A stretch of DNA of 64,000 bases, from the sequence record SRR31156797_208; one strand, given 5' to 3'. A program made the position numbers and the translations under genes. The notes under the pieces were generated by a model that was not told the origin of the DNA, searched no databases, and saw nothing but the letters and a program-made list of their open reading frames with translations. This document shows positions 1-10,567 of this stretch, piece after piece; position 1 is the first letter of the stretch; every line of letters begins with the position of its first letter.

Positions 1-1005
1 ATCGTTGAAGGTGTCCGCAGGCAGCGCAAACTGGAGAGTAGAACCCTGGTCAACCATATGATCAGCAGCGGCATGCGTTACCGTCGGAGCGTCATTCGTA
101 CCTTGAACATTTACGTTGACTTGCGTCTGTATTACATGCCCGAATTTATCCGTTGCCGTAACAGTAAAATGTTCAGTGTGTACTTCACCTTCGCCTAGTT
201 GATCGGTATCAACAAGGCTGTTATCTAAATGATAATGCCATTCACCTGTTTTGCTATCGAGTTGCAGATCGCCGTACTTACCATGCGTAGACGCGACAGA
301 CCAACTCACAGACTGGCTACCATCACCAGAGGCAGTTAATCTCCCATCAACAGTATTGACAGAAGCGTCCTCTTTTACCGACTGAGCAGGTGGTAAATGA
401 TTGATGACCAAAGAGTGCTGAACCACGGTATTGGCTTGAGAGGTATGATTCGCTGAATGATTGCTTACCGGAGAGTGGTGGAGCTCCGCTTTATTATGGT
501 CGCTATGCGCCACAAGCGTTGATTTAAAATTATTACCCGCTGTATATTTTAATGGGTCATTGCCCCCTACAACAGGTTCTTTAACATCAACAGCGATATG
601 GTGTCCGCCACGATGAGTACCTAAATCTTTATTTGCTGTAGGCTCAACCTGACTATCATTAGCATCAACCAAAGAATTGATATCATCAACATCTGCTTCT
701 TTGCCCCTTAAAGCAGGCGTAGACTCTGGACTTTCTGTCGTACTTTCAGCTGACTCGCCTTGCGACAATATTTCTTCTGGCGTCACTTGTGCTTGGGCTG
801 AGTGCCAAGATTTATCAGCCACTAAATCACTGTTAAAATCAGATTCTACATTGGACTCTCGAAATTCTTTAGCTTTAAGAAGCTTAGCTTTTTTATCTAA
901 TTCTTTAGCTTTGGTTTTGGCTTTGTCATCCCTTTTCTTTGTATTTGTTGTTTCTGAAGGGCGAGTTTGTTTGTTGCTGGTATCTTCCGTTTTCTTATCA
1001 CTCAT
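1..1005 (-). CDS. 5' part of a large VCBS/cadherin-like repeat protein, probable T1SS cargo/adhesin (runs off the window)
   Basis: Not in the ORF track. Hand translation from ATG 1005 (GGAAGGG upstream) stays open for 335 codons to base 1. Contains a VCBS-type segment YGDLQLDSKTGEWHYHLDN...GEVHTEHFTVTATD...VQGTNDAP followed by cadherin-like QFALPADTFND; lies directly downstream of hlyD. Confidence 0.85.
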   Translation of the reverse strand, partial: MSDKKTEDTSNKQTRPSETTNTKKRDDKAKTKAKELDKKAKLLKAKEFRESNVESDFNSDLVADKSWHSAQAQVTPEEILSQGESAESTTESPESTPALRGKEADVDDINSLVDANDSQVEPTANKDLGTHRGGHHIAVDVKEPVVGGNDPLKYTAGNNFKSTLVAHSDHNKAELHHSPVSNHSANHTSQANTVVQHSLVINHLPPAQSVKEDASVNTVDGRLTASGDGSQSVSWSVASTHGKYGDLQLDSKTGEWHYHLDNSLVDTDQLGEGEVHTEHFTVTATDKFGHVIQTQVNVNVQGTNDAPTVTHAAADHMVDQGSTLQFALPADTFND

Positions 1006-1020
1006 ATTCTTTACCCTTCC

Positions 1021-2346
1021 TTATCGCTCACCAAAAGATTCTCGAATATTGGTAAATACTGGTTTCCATAAATACTGGAAAATAGTTTTATCACCAGTCA
1101 CGATATCTGCCTCTCCCGTCATACCAGGCAATAGGTGTAACATTTCAGGATTATTGCCAAAATAAGGTTTGGCTATATCGATTTGAACCTTGTAATAAAC
1201 ACCACCTTTTTCATCTGCGTCCGTCGTCGGTGATATTTTCTTAACTGTTCCATCAATAGAGCCATATCGACTGTAGTCATAAGCGTCTATTTTTATTTTG
1301 GCTAATTGACCTATTCGGACAAAGCCAATATCTCTGGGCGATAATTTCGCTTCCAAAAGTGCTGTTGCTGTTGTGGGTACAATGACGGCCACGGTTCCTC
1401 CGGGCTGTATGACACTTCCTGATGAAGAATTAGGGATAGATTGAATAATGCCGTCCACAGGTGAAACGATCGTGTCTTGCTGAATTTGAAGACTCGACGA
1501 TTTGAGCCTTGCTGTAACCCCTATCAATTCCGAATGTGCGTCAGTACGTAGTTCCCCGACTTCTTTATATAAAGTGGCAATTCTCTGCTCTAGCTGTTTA
1601 TGTAGATTCTCGATGCTTCGCTCTACAACGCCTCGACGCCCCTCCAAACCTTTTAACTCTCTAACATAAGAATCATACTTCTGTTGAGTTTCCAACGCAG
1701 TCAGTCTGGATACCGCCTGACTGCCTTTCACTGAGTTCATCATTTTCAAAGATTGTTCGGAAGATCTAAGCTGGTCTTTTAATGGTGGGATTTCGAAATC
1801 AATACTGCGTAGCTCTGCTGTAGACTTTTCTATATCGGATTGTGACAATTGCACGATAGCTTCATATTCCTTATTCATCCGATCTAAACTTTTTAAATGT
1901 TGTTCAACCAACGTTGGATACAAGTTTTTATAACTTTCATAGTTAGGCTCTCTTCTTTCAATAAAAGCGTTATACCTTTCTATCTTCAATTCCAGGTTAG
2001 CTTTTTGCCCGAGCAGCTCTTCCTCCACGGCTTGGCTATCAACAGAAATAAAGCTTGCGATTGTGTCACCTTTTTTAACTAAATCCCCCTCTGATACAAG
2101 TACAGAAGCCAAAGTACCACCAGTCTGCGATTGAATAACTTGTTTATGTCCGAGGGGAATCACTTGTCCCTTTGCCTTAGCAACTTCTTCTATATTGGCA
2201 AAAATAGACCAAACCAAGATGGAAAAAACGGCTGCAACAATAAACAACATAACCCGCTGAATTAATTTCCTTTCAGAAGGCGCTTCTATTGCTTCGGTGA
2301 ACTCATGTTCAGGTAAATAGCGATTATTTAACTCACGATTAGCCAT
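1021..2346 (-). CDS. HlyD-family T1SS membrane fusion protein
   Basis: N-terminal TM, VSEGDLVKKGD motif, long coiled coil, KIDAYDYSRYG, LLPGMTGEADIVTG. Start moved to MANRE (GGGGA SD). Confidence 0.92.
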   Translation of the reverse strand: MANRELNNRYLPEHEFTEAIEAPSERKLIQRVMLFIVAAVFSILVWSIFANIEEVAKAKGQVIPLGHKQVIQSQTGGTLASVLVSEGDLVKKGDTIASFISVDSQAVEEELLGQKANLELKIERYNAFIERREPNYESYKNLYPTLVEQHLKSLDRMNKEYEAIVQLSQSDIEKSTAELRSIDFEIPPLKDQLRSSEQSLKMMNSVKGSQAVSRLTALETQQKYDSYVRELKGLEGRRGVVERSIENLHKQLEQRIATLYKEVGELRTDAHSELIGVTARLKSSSLQIQQDTIVSPVDGIIQSIPNSSSGSVIQPGGTVAVIVPTTATALLEAKLSPRDIGFVRIGQLAKIKIDAYDYSRYGSIDGTVKKISPTTDADEKGGVYYKVQIDIAKPYFGNNPEMLHLLPGMTGEADIVTGDKTIFQYLWKPVFTNIRESFGER

Positions 2347-4414
2347 TTTGTTCCCCTTGCGCGGCCGCTTTCTCTGCTTCATTTTCTTTATTCATAATAG
2401 GACCGGTATAAACAGCCGCTCCTTTATCCAAGATGATGACTTTATCTGCCTGATGAATTAGGTCTTTGTCATGGCTACTAAACAAAACCGTGGTATTCCC
2501 CTTTAGCTGAGTCAGTGTTGATATAAATTCACGTTTGGCTTCTGGATTTCTGTTAGCAATTGGCTCATCCAAAACTAACAACGAAGAACGTTTAGCTAAA
2601 GCGACCGCTAAACCTACATAGCCACTTTCGACCGACGAAAATACGCTGGCACCTTTGCCAAATACGCCGGCATTAACATCGTTATTTAATGCTTTCAATA
2701 TCGAGCCTGCTCCTGCCTTAATCAGTGCCTCTCTAACTTCATCGTCGGTTGCATCAGGACAAGCGACTCTTATATTTTGAGCCAAAGAACCAGGAATAAA
2801 ATCGGCATGAGTGGGACTGTATGCCGCCCAGCGACGCAACGCCTCCGTGTCATATTGTTTACAGTTTTTACCGTTTATCATCACGTACCCTGCTTGAGGC
2901 TCTAAAACCCCTAATGCGGAGAGCAGTAACGATGTTTTACCACTACCATTGGGCCCAATAACGGCCACGATTTCGCCTGGTGAAATATCGAAATTAACCC
3001 CCGCTAATGCCGGTTCACTCTCTGCGCTATACCTTAAAGTGACATTTTTAAAACTCATAGAGGGTGGATTGTTAATATCAGGTTGCTCAAGCCGCATTGC
3101 ACTAAATTCAGTAGGCACTTCCATAAAACGATCAAATTGAGAGGCCGTTCCCTTAACCATCGCAATTTTCTGACGAGCGGAAAATGCAAGTTGAGCAGGA
3201 CCTGTAATTCGCCAAATAAGCATAGTACAAGCGATAAGTGCGCCAGGAGTGATACTTTGGTTCAAGGTTAAATAGATACCTGTAAACACCGTGACTAAAA
3301 CGGTAATCAGTCCCATTGCATGAGCAATCGCGGCATTTAACCCACTACGTTTGGTGTAATTAAAATTTTGTCGCGAGTTCTCTTTTGCACGACGCATAAA
3401 ATCGTTATACCAACCTTCTGGTTCTCCTGCTGCTTTCAGATAGAGGATGTTTTTTGATAACTCATTAAAGCTACTTTGGTATTCATTAGAAATGGTGGGA
3501 GCGGCCGCTTTGACATATTTTTCGACTAGCTTCATCACTAAATAAAACAGTGCAAGCATGACAATAGGTACGACAACTAGCCAACCGCTTAGCAAGGCAA
3601 TCGTTAGAAGAACAACAATGGAAAACGGTAAGTCCAATAAACCAGATCCCGCTGGGCCAGCCATCGCTTTCCTAATATTCTCTGTATTTCTAATCCGCGA
3701 CATATGATTAGCAAGCCCCACACGGGAAAGTACAGACAGCGGCATACTCAACAATCGATTAAACGTAGTTGAAGATAAATCTCTGGAGAATCGGTTGCTT
3801 GAAATGGTGACAATTTTTGAACGTAAAATACGGCTAACAACCAACAGAACAAGGGCGATAACAGCGCCAGCAGCAATATTTGGAAGAATTTGAGGAGCGT
3901 GCCCAGCAATAACTCGGTCATACACTGCCATTGTAAACAAAGGAATCGCTAAGCCCGTTAAACTGGATAACAGACTTAACCAGAATACAGGACGATACCA
4001 TTTGGTTAACTTGGCATATTGAGTAGCAAAAAAACTCGATTTCTTACCCATACCTGGCAATGAATCAACCAGGAAAACGTAGCCACCTTCTAGGCTTTTA
4101 GAAGTTACAGCCCAATGGTTTCTCTCATCTAGCGACTCAAAGTTACCATGATTGAGCCTCATGACCTGAGGTATCCCCTCTTCAGAAACCCAAATAAACG
4201 GCAACAGTAAATCTCTCAATATATGTTTGTTGCACTTTTGTACACTGACATCGACTTGGTGCTTTTTAAACAAGACATAAGCTTCAAGATAAGTTAACCC
4301 CTGATCTAAGACGTTTCGTTCAATATTGCTTGCCTGCACATTTAAACCGAGATGTTTAAACAACTGAATCAGCGCGGGTTTAAAGTTCTTTATAGGAGCT
4401 TTTTCATCTTTCAT
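2339..4414 (-). CDS. T1SS ABC exporter (N-terminal C39-like region, TMD, NBD)
   Basis: PLFTMAVYDRV TMD motif, Walker A GPNGSGKT, Walker B LLVLDEP, H-loop SSHD; signature motif degenerate. Confidence 0.9.
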   Translation of the reverse strand: MKDEKAPIKNFKPALIQLFKHLGLNVQASNIERNVLDQGLTYLEAYVLFKKHQVDVSVQKCNKHILRDLLLPFIWVSEEGIPQVMRLNHGNFESLDERNHWAVTSKSLEGGYVFLVDSLPGMGKKSSFFATQYAKLTKWYRPVFWLSLLSSLTGLAIPLFTMAVYDRVIAGHAPQILPNIAAGAVIALVLLVVSRILRSKIVTISSNRFSRDLSSTTFNRLLSMPLSVLSRVGLANHMSRIRNTENIRKAMAGPAGSGLLDLPFSIVVLLTIALLSGWLVVVPIVMLALFYLVMKLVEKYVKAAAPTISNEYQSSFNELSKNILYLKAAGEPEGWYNDFMRRAKENSRQNFNYTKRSGLNAAIAHAMGLITVLVTVFTGIYLTLNQSITPGALIACTMLIWRITGPAQLAFSARQKIAMVKGTASQFDRFMEVPTEFSAMRLEQPDINNPPSMSFKNVTLRYSAESEPALAGVNFDISPGEIVAVIGPNGSGKTSLLLSALGVLEPQAGYVMINGKNCKQYDTEALRRWAAYSPTHADFIPGSLAQNIRVACPDATDDEVREALIKAGAGSILKALNNDVNAGVFGKGASVFSSVESGYVGLAVALAKRSSLLVLDEPIANRNPEAKREFISTLTQLKGNTTVLFSSHDKDLIHQADKVIILDKGAAVYTGPIMNKENEAEKAAAQGEQNG

Positions 4415-6067
4415 AAGTTCACTCCCTGTGTCGTTTCAATACTGATTATCCCATCGAGTCCGATGTGTAGTTTCAAGTCACTAATGGCCACCATTTCATT
4501 AAAATATGACGCGACGATAATCGTCATATTATTTCTTTTCTCATTTAATAAAGTTAGCAACTTAGATTGAGAATCCGCGTCCAGTGAAACCATTGGTTCA
4601 TCAAGTAAAAGTATGGATGGTTGTTGAGATAATGCACGAATCAACGAAATCAGCTTCAGCGCACCTTTATTTAGGATTTGTCCCTGACTACTGCCTATTT
4701 GGGTCTGAAAGCCATAAGGTAACTTAGCAATAGTTTCAGAAAGTCCTAACTTTTCTGATAACTCAGTGGCATAAGCTTCATTTTCACGGTGGAACATCGT
4801 CATATTATCCATCACCGTCCCTTGGAAAATAGCCCCCCAGGGAGAGACGTAACAAACAGATTGTCTAAACTCAAAATCATCATGCTGACACAGAGGTATG
4901 CCTGCTATTTTAATCACACCATTGTCTACAGGATAGAAAGCACCGATAGAACCAAGAAATAGGCTGGCATAGCTCATTGGGTTAGAGGTAACTGTCGTTA
5001 TTGAACCGACTGGTATTTCAAAATTTACTTCAGTCAATCTGGCCCCTTCTTTTGCAGTACTGACTTGTTCAAAATGAACAGGGCCCAAGGGTAACTTAGC
5101 CTGATAACTGACTTCTCCTGTAAATTGTTCTAACGGAGCGCTCAACAGATTTTCGATATCCTGATTCACGACTTTCACTGAAGAGAATTTCGCTCGAAGG
5201 CTTCCGATTGAACTTAAAGGAGCAACAGCTCGACCAGCTAAAATAGAGCATGCCGCCAACCCACCGGTCGTCAAAGAGCCATCAAGAACAGATAGACACC
5301 CAATCATGACAATGGTTAAAGTCGTCGCTAAAGATGCCCCTTGTACAATTTCCTGAAGACGAGACGAGAGTATATCGACCTCAGTCTGAAGTCTGAATTG
5401 TGTATAGTTAAACTCTTTGAACCTATGGGTCATTCTCGCTTCAATAGCCAACGCTTTAACCGTCGTTAAACCTGATAAAACTAAAACTAAAATACGCGTC
5501 CTTTCACTGTCACTCACAGCTAGTTCTTTTGTCGCTTCTAATAATTTTCTACTGACAACCCAAACCCAAATACCGGCGACTACCCATACCAATATCGGAA
5601 CAGCAACAACCCAACCACCGATATAAAAAATGAGAAATAAAAAAAAGAAAAATAAAAGGGACGTCCATCATAGCCACAGCAGCTTGACCAGAATATAAAT
5701 CACGCACAACAGCAATATTCTTTATACCGCTAAGGATTTTCCCCGAACCCAGACTTTCTAAATATCGAAAATCTGACTTTAAGAGACGATTAACTAGCTT
5801 AGACGTGACCGAATATTCATAATTTGCAGCGGAAGAGGCCAAAAACCAACTTCTGGCATAACGTAAAAGAAGCTCTAAAACTATCGCTATGCTGACGCCA
5901 ATAAGAAGGACATTAGCAGTACCATAAGCTTCGTTGGGCAGAATGCGATCGTAAATCTGCAACATACTGAATGGCAGCGCCATCGAGAGCAAATTGATAA
6001 ATGTAGAAGACAGCAACAATTGCTTAAAATTGTGATTGCTTTTCAAAACTCGAATGTGATCTATCAA
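4411..6067 (-). pseudogene. Second T1SS ABC exporter, split by a +1 frameshift in an A8 run (5639-5646)
   Basis: ORF 5549-6067 (PFSMLQIYDRILP) and ORF 4411-5592 (rest of TMD and NBD) join into ...DVPFIFLFLFLIFYIGGWVVAVPILVWV... (551 aa) if one A is removed. Confidence 0.85.
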
Positions 6068-6487
6068 CAGAAAATCCCTATTAATTAAAAGAGGTATCTA
6101 TATGTTATAGAACAAAAAATCTCAACATTCCGAGTTTTATTGAATTTAATATTAGGAAACTACCTAAACGTTCAGTGCCACAAGTTTTACACTACTAAAA
6201 ATATGCCTAATAGATTGAAGGCGAGAATATAGCATTTAACTGAGTAACAAACTTTAGGGCAAAGGCACGCTACAGCATAAGATTCGCTTTTAACACACCA
6301 ATTTGTCGATTTCTGTAGATAGAAAAACTGTTAGCGGCGGGGGGATATATTTAGGTAAACGTGATCTTATCTCCGAGTGTTGAAGATAAGACCATAAATT
6401 GAGTATCAGACTAATTTTACTCGCTCGCCATATTTCTCGCCATTGCGTTGCCTATAACTTATATCTCGAAAAAGTTATTCGGTACGT

Positions 6488-7744
6488 TTATTTAGCAAGG
6501 TTTTCCAGCATAGTTTTAGTTACGAGGGTGATTCCTTTTTCTGTAACACGAAAACCGTTGGCTTCATCCTGTCTTCTATCATAACCAATGCTCAAACCGG
6601 CCGGCACAGAGCAATAACTATCAAGGATAACTCGCTTCAGTTTAGCGTGTTCACCAACGTGGCTGCCAGGCAACAATACTGACTCTTCAATAATACTGTA
6701 TGAGTGAGCATGGACACTTGAATACAACAATGACTTTCTAATAGTAGAGCCTGAAATAATGCACCCGCCAGAAACGGTTGAATCTACGGCCATACCTCGG
6801 CGTTCATCGTTGTCAAAAATGAATTTAGCGGGTGGAAGTTGTTCTTGATATGTCCAAATTGGCCAATCTTTATCATAAAGGTCAAGTTGTGGTCTAGGGG
6901 TAACCAGTTCCATATTGGCTTCCCAAAATGAGTCTAATGTACCCACGTCTCGCCAGTAGGGCTGATTTTCACTGTCTGGATCTTTGAAAGAGTACGCATA
7001 AACATTACTCTCATTAATGATTGAAGGGATAATATCGTGGCCAAAATCGTGGGTGGATCCTTGAGTATCCACATCCTTTAATAACTGGTTAAAAAGAAAA
7101 TCAACATTGAATAAATAATTACCCATAGAAGCCAAACACTTATTCGGTTTATTGGGAATTTCATTAGGTTGAGCTGGTTTCTCATCAAAAGCGACTATTT
7201 TGTTTTTGGAATCTACAGTCAGAACACCAAAACTACCCGCTGCTTCTTCAGTATCAACTTCTAGGCAACAAACTGTCATATCGGCATTATTTGCCACATG
7301 CTCCGCCAGCAGAGTGCCATAGTCCATGCGATATACATGATCACCAGACAGAATTAGAATGTACTTGGGTCTATGTGAACGAATTATATCAATATTTTGA
7401 TATACCGCATCCGCTGTACCAACATACCAGTCATCACCCGTTCTTTGTGAAGCAGGTAGAATTTCAACAAATTGTTGAGCCCTAAAGGCTCCCCAACCGC
7501 GGCTAATGTGACGGATCAAGGAGTGCGACTTGTATTGTGTCGCGATACCTACGCGGTGAATACCTGAATTGAAACAGTTTGATAATGGAAAATCGATAAT
7601 ACGAAACTTACCACCGAAATATACTGCAGGTTTTGCTCGAAAATCGGTGAGTTCAAATAAACGACTCCCTCTACCACCTGCCAATATCAAAGCATAAGTA
7701 TCTTTGGTCAAGTTACTGATATGCCTATCATAATTCTGCGTCAT
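6488..7744 (-). CDS. glgC: Glucose-1-phosphate adenylyltransferase
   Basis: [57 protein letters not shown] before MTQNY. Confidence 0.96.
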   Translation of the reverse strand: MTQNYDRHISNLTKDTYALILAGGRGSRLFELTDFRAKPAVYFGGKFRIIDFPLSNCFNSGIHRVGIATQYKSHSLIRHISRGWGAFRAQQFVEILPASQRTGDDWYVGTADAVYQNIDIIRSHRPKYILILSGDHVYRMDYGTLLAEHVANNADMTVCCLEVDTEEAAGSFGVLTVDSKNKIVAFDEKPAQPNEIPNKPNKCLASMGNYLFNVDFLFNQLLKDVDTQGSTHDFGHDIIPSIINESNVYAYSFKDPDSENQPYWRDVGTLDSFWEANMELVTPRPQLDLYDKDWPIWTYQEQLPPAKFIFDNDERRGMAVDSTVSGGCIISGSTIRKSLLYSSVHAHSYSIIEESVLLPGSHVGEHAKLKRVILDSYCSVPAGLSIGYDRRQDEANGFRVTEKGITLVTKTMLENLAK

Positions 7745-8044
7745 ATAGACCTCCATGGGGGACGGTTGATATATACTTACTGTTTTAGTGCTGACTTAAA
7801 CAGCGCATATCGGAGCAGTGTACTGATTACATACAAGTTACTATATAGGGTAATTAATGAATAAACTGTGACTGAAGTAAGGCATTGTTATTTATACAGC
7901 CACTAGTATCGTAACCACTTTTAGCATTACCAAAAATAGGTCAACTTATGACAAAAGAAATGAGTTTGGGTTCTTGTGCTAGATAGATTTTGGCGCATTT
8001 CTGAGATAGAAGCGTAAGCCTTGCAAGCTCAGGAATTATGTTTA

Positions 8045-8122
8045 TTAGATGACTTTACCTTGGATAATTTCCGCGCTTTTTACATGCTTTCCTTTACCTT
8101 TCAGGAAGTATTTTCGAGCCAT
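8045..8122 (-). CDS. Candidate 25-aa basic small protein MARKYFLKGKGKHVKSAEIIQGKVI
   Basis: GAGGG SD 7 nt before ATG, tandem TAA TAA stop, lies in an otherwise empty intergenic gap. No homology known to me. Confidence 0.35.
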   Translation of the reverse strand: MARKYFLKGKGKHVKSAEIIQGKVI

Positions 8123-8211
8123 CAATTTACCCTCGAAAAAAGTCTTCGGATATTTTTACAATTAGAAGCGGCTAAAAGTTACCAGCACGTTTCAGTTTTA
8201 CTTATTCTTTA

Positions 8212-8784
8212 CTAGGCAGTGACGAAAATAAACTCGCCGACTAAACTCCCGTTAACTTTGCCGGGTTCAAACTGCAAATGATCTCGTTCTACCCCACCCC
8301 ACCATTCATTGCCAGTTTGACCTCTTATGTACAATTGGGTGGTTAACAATTCTCGCTCACCGCGCCACAATTTGACATGAATATGAGGAGGCCGAGAGTT
8401 ATACCGCACAGGGTATAAAGTCTGAAATAGATAACGACCATCATTACCAGTAATAACAGCGCCAAAGCCTGCGAAATTAGGATCAAACCTACGGCTATTT
8501 TGTTGATTAGTGTGATCATAAATGCCCTGTCCGTCACACTGCCAAATTTCGACTTTGACGCCTGAGACGGGATTCCCCAACCTATCAACAACCATTCCGT
8601 GTAACGTAAAGGGTTCACCAATTAACTCTTCAGTTTTTAAAACCAAATTATTACGAAGCGGTATATTAACAACCGGATAGAATGGTCCTTCGGTTTGGGC
8701 TGGCGTTGGTTTTTTGGGCGTTGCTGCTTTTAGTGAAGGGGCAAGTAACAGCATCCATAGAGATAAAAAGAGTCGACGTTGCAT
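8212..8784 (-). CDS. Intradiol ring-cleavage dioxygenase-like protein with probable export signal
   Basis: TEGPFY, VEIWQCDGQGIY, RYNSRPPHIH (Tyr/Tyr/His/His iron ligands); N-terminus MQRRLFL plus a hydrophobic stretch. Confidence 0.85.
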   Translation of the reverse strand: MQRRLFLSLWMLLLAPSLKAATPKKPTPAQTEGPFYPVVNIPLRNNLVLKTEELIGEPFTLHGMVVDRLGNPVSGVKVEIWQCDGQGIYDHTNQQNSRRFDPNFAGFGAVITGNDGRYLFQTLYPVRYNSRPPHIHVKLWRGERELLTTQLYIRGQTGNEWWGGVERDHLQFEPGKVNGSLVGEFIFVTA

Positions 8785-8886
8785 GGGTTCACCTCAATAT
8801 CTTGAATAGCTTAAGTGTGGTTAACCCTTCTTTATTGTCCAATTTTATATCGTTTCAATTCGTGTCATTGGTCACTGAACCAAAGT

Positions 8887-8906
8887 AAAAAAGGGCCATA
8901 GGCCCT
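8887..8906 (-). terminator. Intrinsic terminator after queC
   Basis: Minus strand AGGGCC-TAT-GGCCCT followed by a T run. Confidence 0.7.
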
Positions 8907-8958
8907 CATAACTTTAACGCGTTTATCTCTATTGGTGAGTCAGTTAATAACCAATATA

Positions 8959-9657
8959 CTACTGAACTTTATTCGTCTTATTGACCAATGCCTGCATAAC
9001 TTCTTCACGGTTATCCAAATAGTCATTCAAACCTGCTTTACGCAAATCACAAGCTGGACAATCGCCACAACCATCGCCGATGACACCGTTGTAGCACGTT
9101 AGGGTTTCATTGCGAACCAAATCAAGCGCGTCGAATTGATCGGCTAAAGCCCAAGTTTCGGCTTTGTTTAACCACATCAGTGGAGTACGGATTTCTAGCT
9201 CTCTGTCCATACCCTTAACTAACGCTTGTTTCATCGACTTAACAAAATCGTCTCGGCAGTCAGGATAGCCAGAAAAGTCTGTTTCACAAACGCCTGTAAT
9301 CACGGTTTGAGCGCCAATTTGGTACGCATAAATACCAGCAAGAGTCAGAAACAAAATGTTGCGTCCAGGCACGAACGAGTTAGGTAATCCATTCTCTTGC
9401 AGCTCGTGTGATACTGGTATGTCGTCACGAGTTAGTGAGCTAATTGCCAATTCGTTGAGCAAACCAACATCCAATACTTTATGTGCGGTAACACCAAGCT
9501 TTTTACTCAAGGCTTGTGCAACTTCAATTTCAAGCTTATGACGTTGACCATAATCGAAAGTAATTGCATGGACTTCATCAAACTCTTTTAACGCTTGAAC
9601 CAGACAAGTCGTTGAATCTTGTCCGCCGCTAAATACAACAACAGCTTTCTTCATCAT
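8959..9657 (-). CDS. queC: 7-cyano-7-deazaguanine synthase
   Basis: [24 protein letters not shown]...CGDCPAC; AAGGA SD before MMKKAVV. Confidence 0.97.
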   Translation of the reverse strand: MMKKAVVVFSGGQDSTTCLVQALKEFDEVHAITFDYGQRHKLEIEVAQALSKKLGVTAHKVLDVGLLNELAISSLTRDDIPVSHELQENGLPNSFVPGRNILFLTLAGIYAYQIGAQTVITGVCETDFSGYPDCRDDFVKSMKQALVKGMDRELEIRTPLMWLNKAETWALADQFDALDLVRNETLTCYNGVIGDGCGDCPACDLRKAGLNDYLDNREEVMQALVNKTNKVQ

Positions 9658-9665
9658 TTGTTCCT

Positions 9666-10334
9666 TTATGCAATACTCAAATATTTGTGGGTTTGAATCG
9701 ATAAGCGCCAATTGTTTTTAATGCAGGTGTCTATACACAACTGGGTTGATCTTGGTTTCTGACTGATCGGTTGCAGTGCCACAACGGTTGTTGTGGGTAC
9801 TTTTGCCGAGTTTAACAACTGTTGCAAGTTATCAATATCTTTGTCTGTCGCTACCGGATGCTTGATTTCATTCGCTCTCAATAGTGCAGATTCAACAACG
9901 GGCAGTTTACCTTTCATTGCCACTTTAGGTGACACCGTCACCCAAGTATCATCCGTCGCTTGTACAGCAAAGGTGCCACTGGTTTCTATCTGACAACGAC
10001 AACCGATAGATTCAAAAGCTTCCGTTAAAGGTACGAGATCGTAGATACAAGGCTCACCGCCAGTAATCACAATATGCTTAGCCGAATAACCTTGAGATTG
10101 GTACATAGCCACGATTTGGTTTGCAGAAGCCTTACACCAAGTTGGTGTATCACCTGTTTTCAGAATCACTTCCTCAAACGACTGTTCATCGATTGGTTCG
10201 GCATCCCATGTCTGCTTAGTATCACACCAAGCACAACCAACAGGGCACTCTTGCAAGCGGACGAAAACAGCGGGAACGCCAGTAAAAACCCCTTCTCCCT
10301 GAATCGTCTCAAACATTTCATTTACTTTATACAA
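9666..10334 (-). CDS. queE: 7-carboxy-7-deazaguanine synthase (radical SAM)
   Basis: [31 protein letters not shown]; adjacent to queC. Confidence 0.96.
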   Translation of the reverse strand: MYKVNEMFETIQGEGVFTGVPAVFVRLQECPVGCAWCDTKQTWDAEPIDEQSFEEVILKTGDTPTWCKASANQIVAMYQSQGYSAKHIVITGGEPCIYDLVPLTEAFESIGCRCQIETSGTFAVQATDDTWVTVSPKVAMKGKLPVVESALLRANEIKHPVATDKDIDNLQQLLNSAKVPTTTVVALQPISQKPRSTQLCIDTCIKNNWRLSIQTHKYLSIA

Positions 10335-10567
10335 CGTGGCTAACCTATCCCAAAAATTGCAGCCGCTGACCTTAAAGGAAGCGCGTCATCAGGTCAATTC
10401 AAAAACGGGGTTATACAAAAAATATCGTTTCTTCTAACAATTAAGACTAGACCATCGACTTCAAAAAATTTTATGTAATTTATTTTGCGCTTTACATCAC
10501 AAACAAGCACACTGTCATAATTCAACGCTATTATTTAAATCCTTCAATTCTTCATTCTAGGTACGAC

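Noticed and set aside
677-1165. 162-aa plus-strand ORF
   Set aside because: Antisense shadow of the VCBS cargo and hlyD; its apparent hydrophobicity mirrors Lys/Glu codons on the coding strand.
8021-8215. 64-aa plus-strand ORF with a TTG start
   Set aside because: No SD or recognisable motif; the minus-strand 25-aa ORF has better initiation signals.
10335-10460. Possible preQ1 riboswitch upstream of queE-queC
   Set aside because: Only a TGACCT/AGGTCA inverted repeat; no preQ1-I stem with an A-rich tail that I can recognise.
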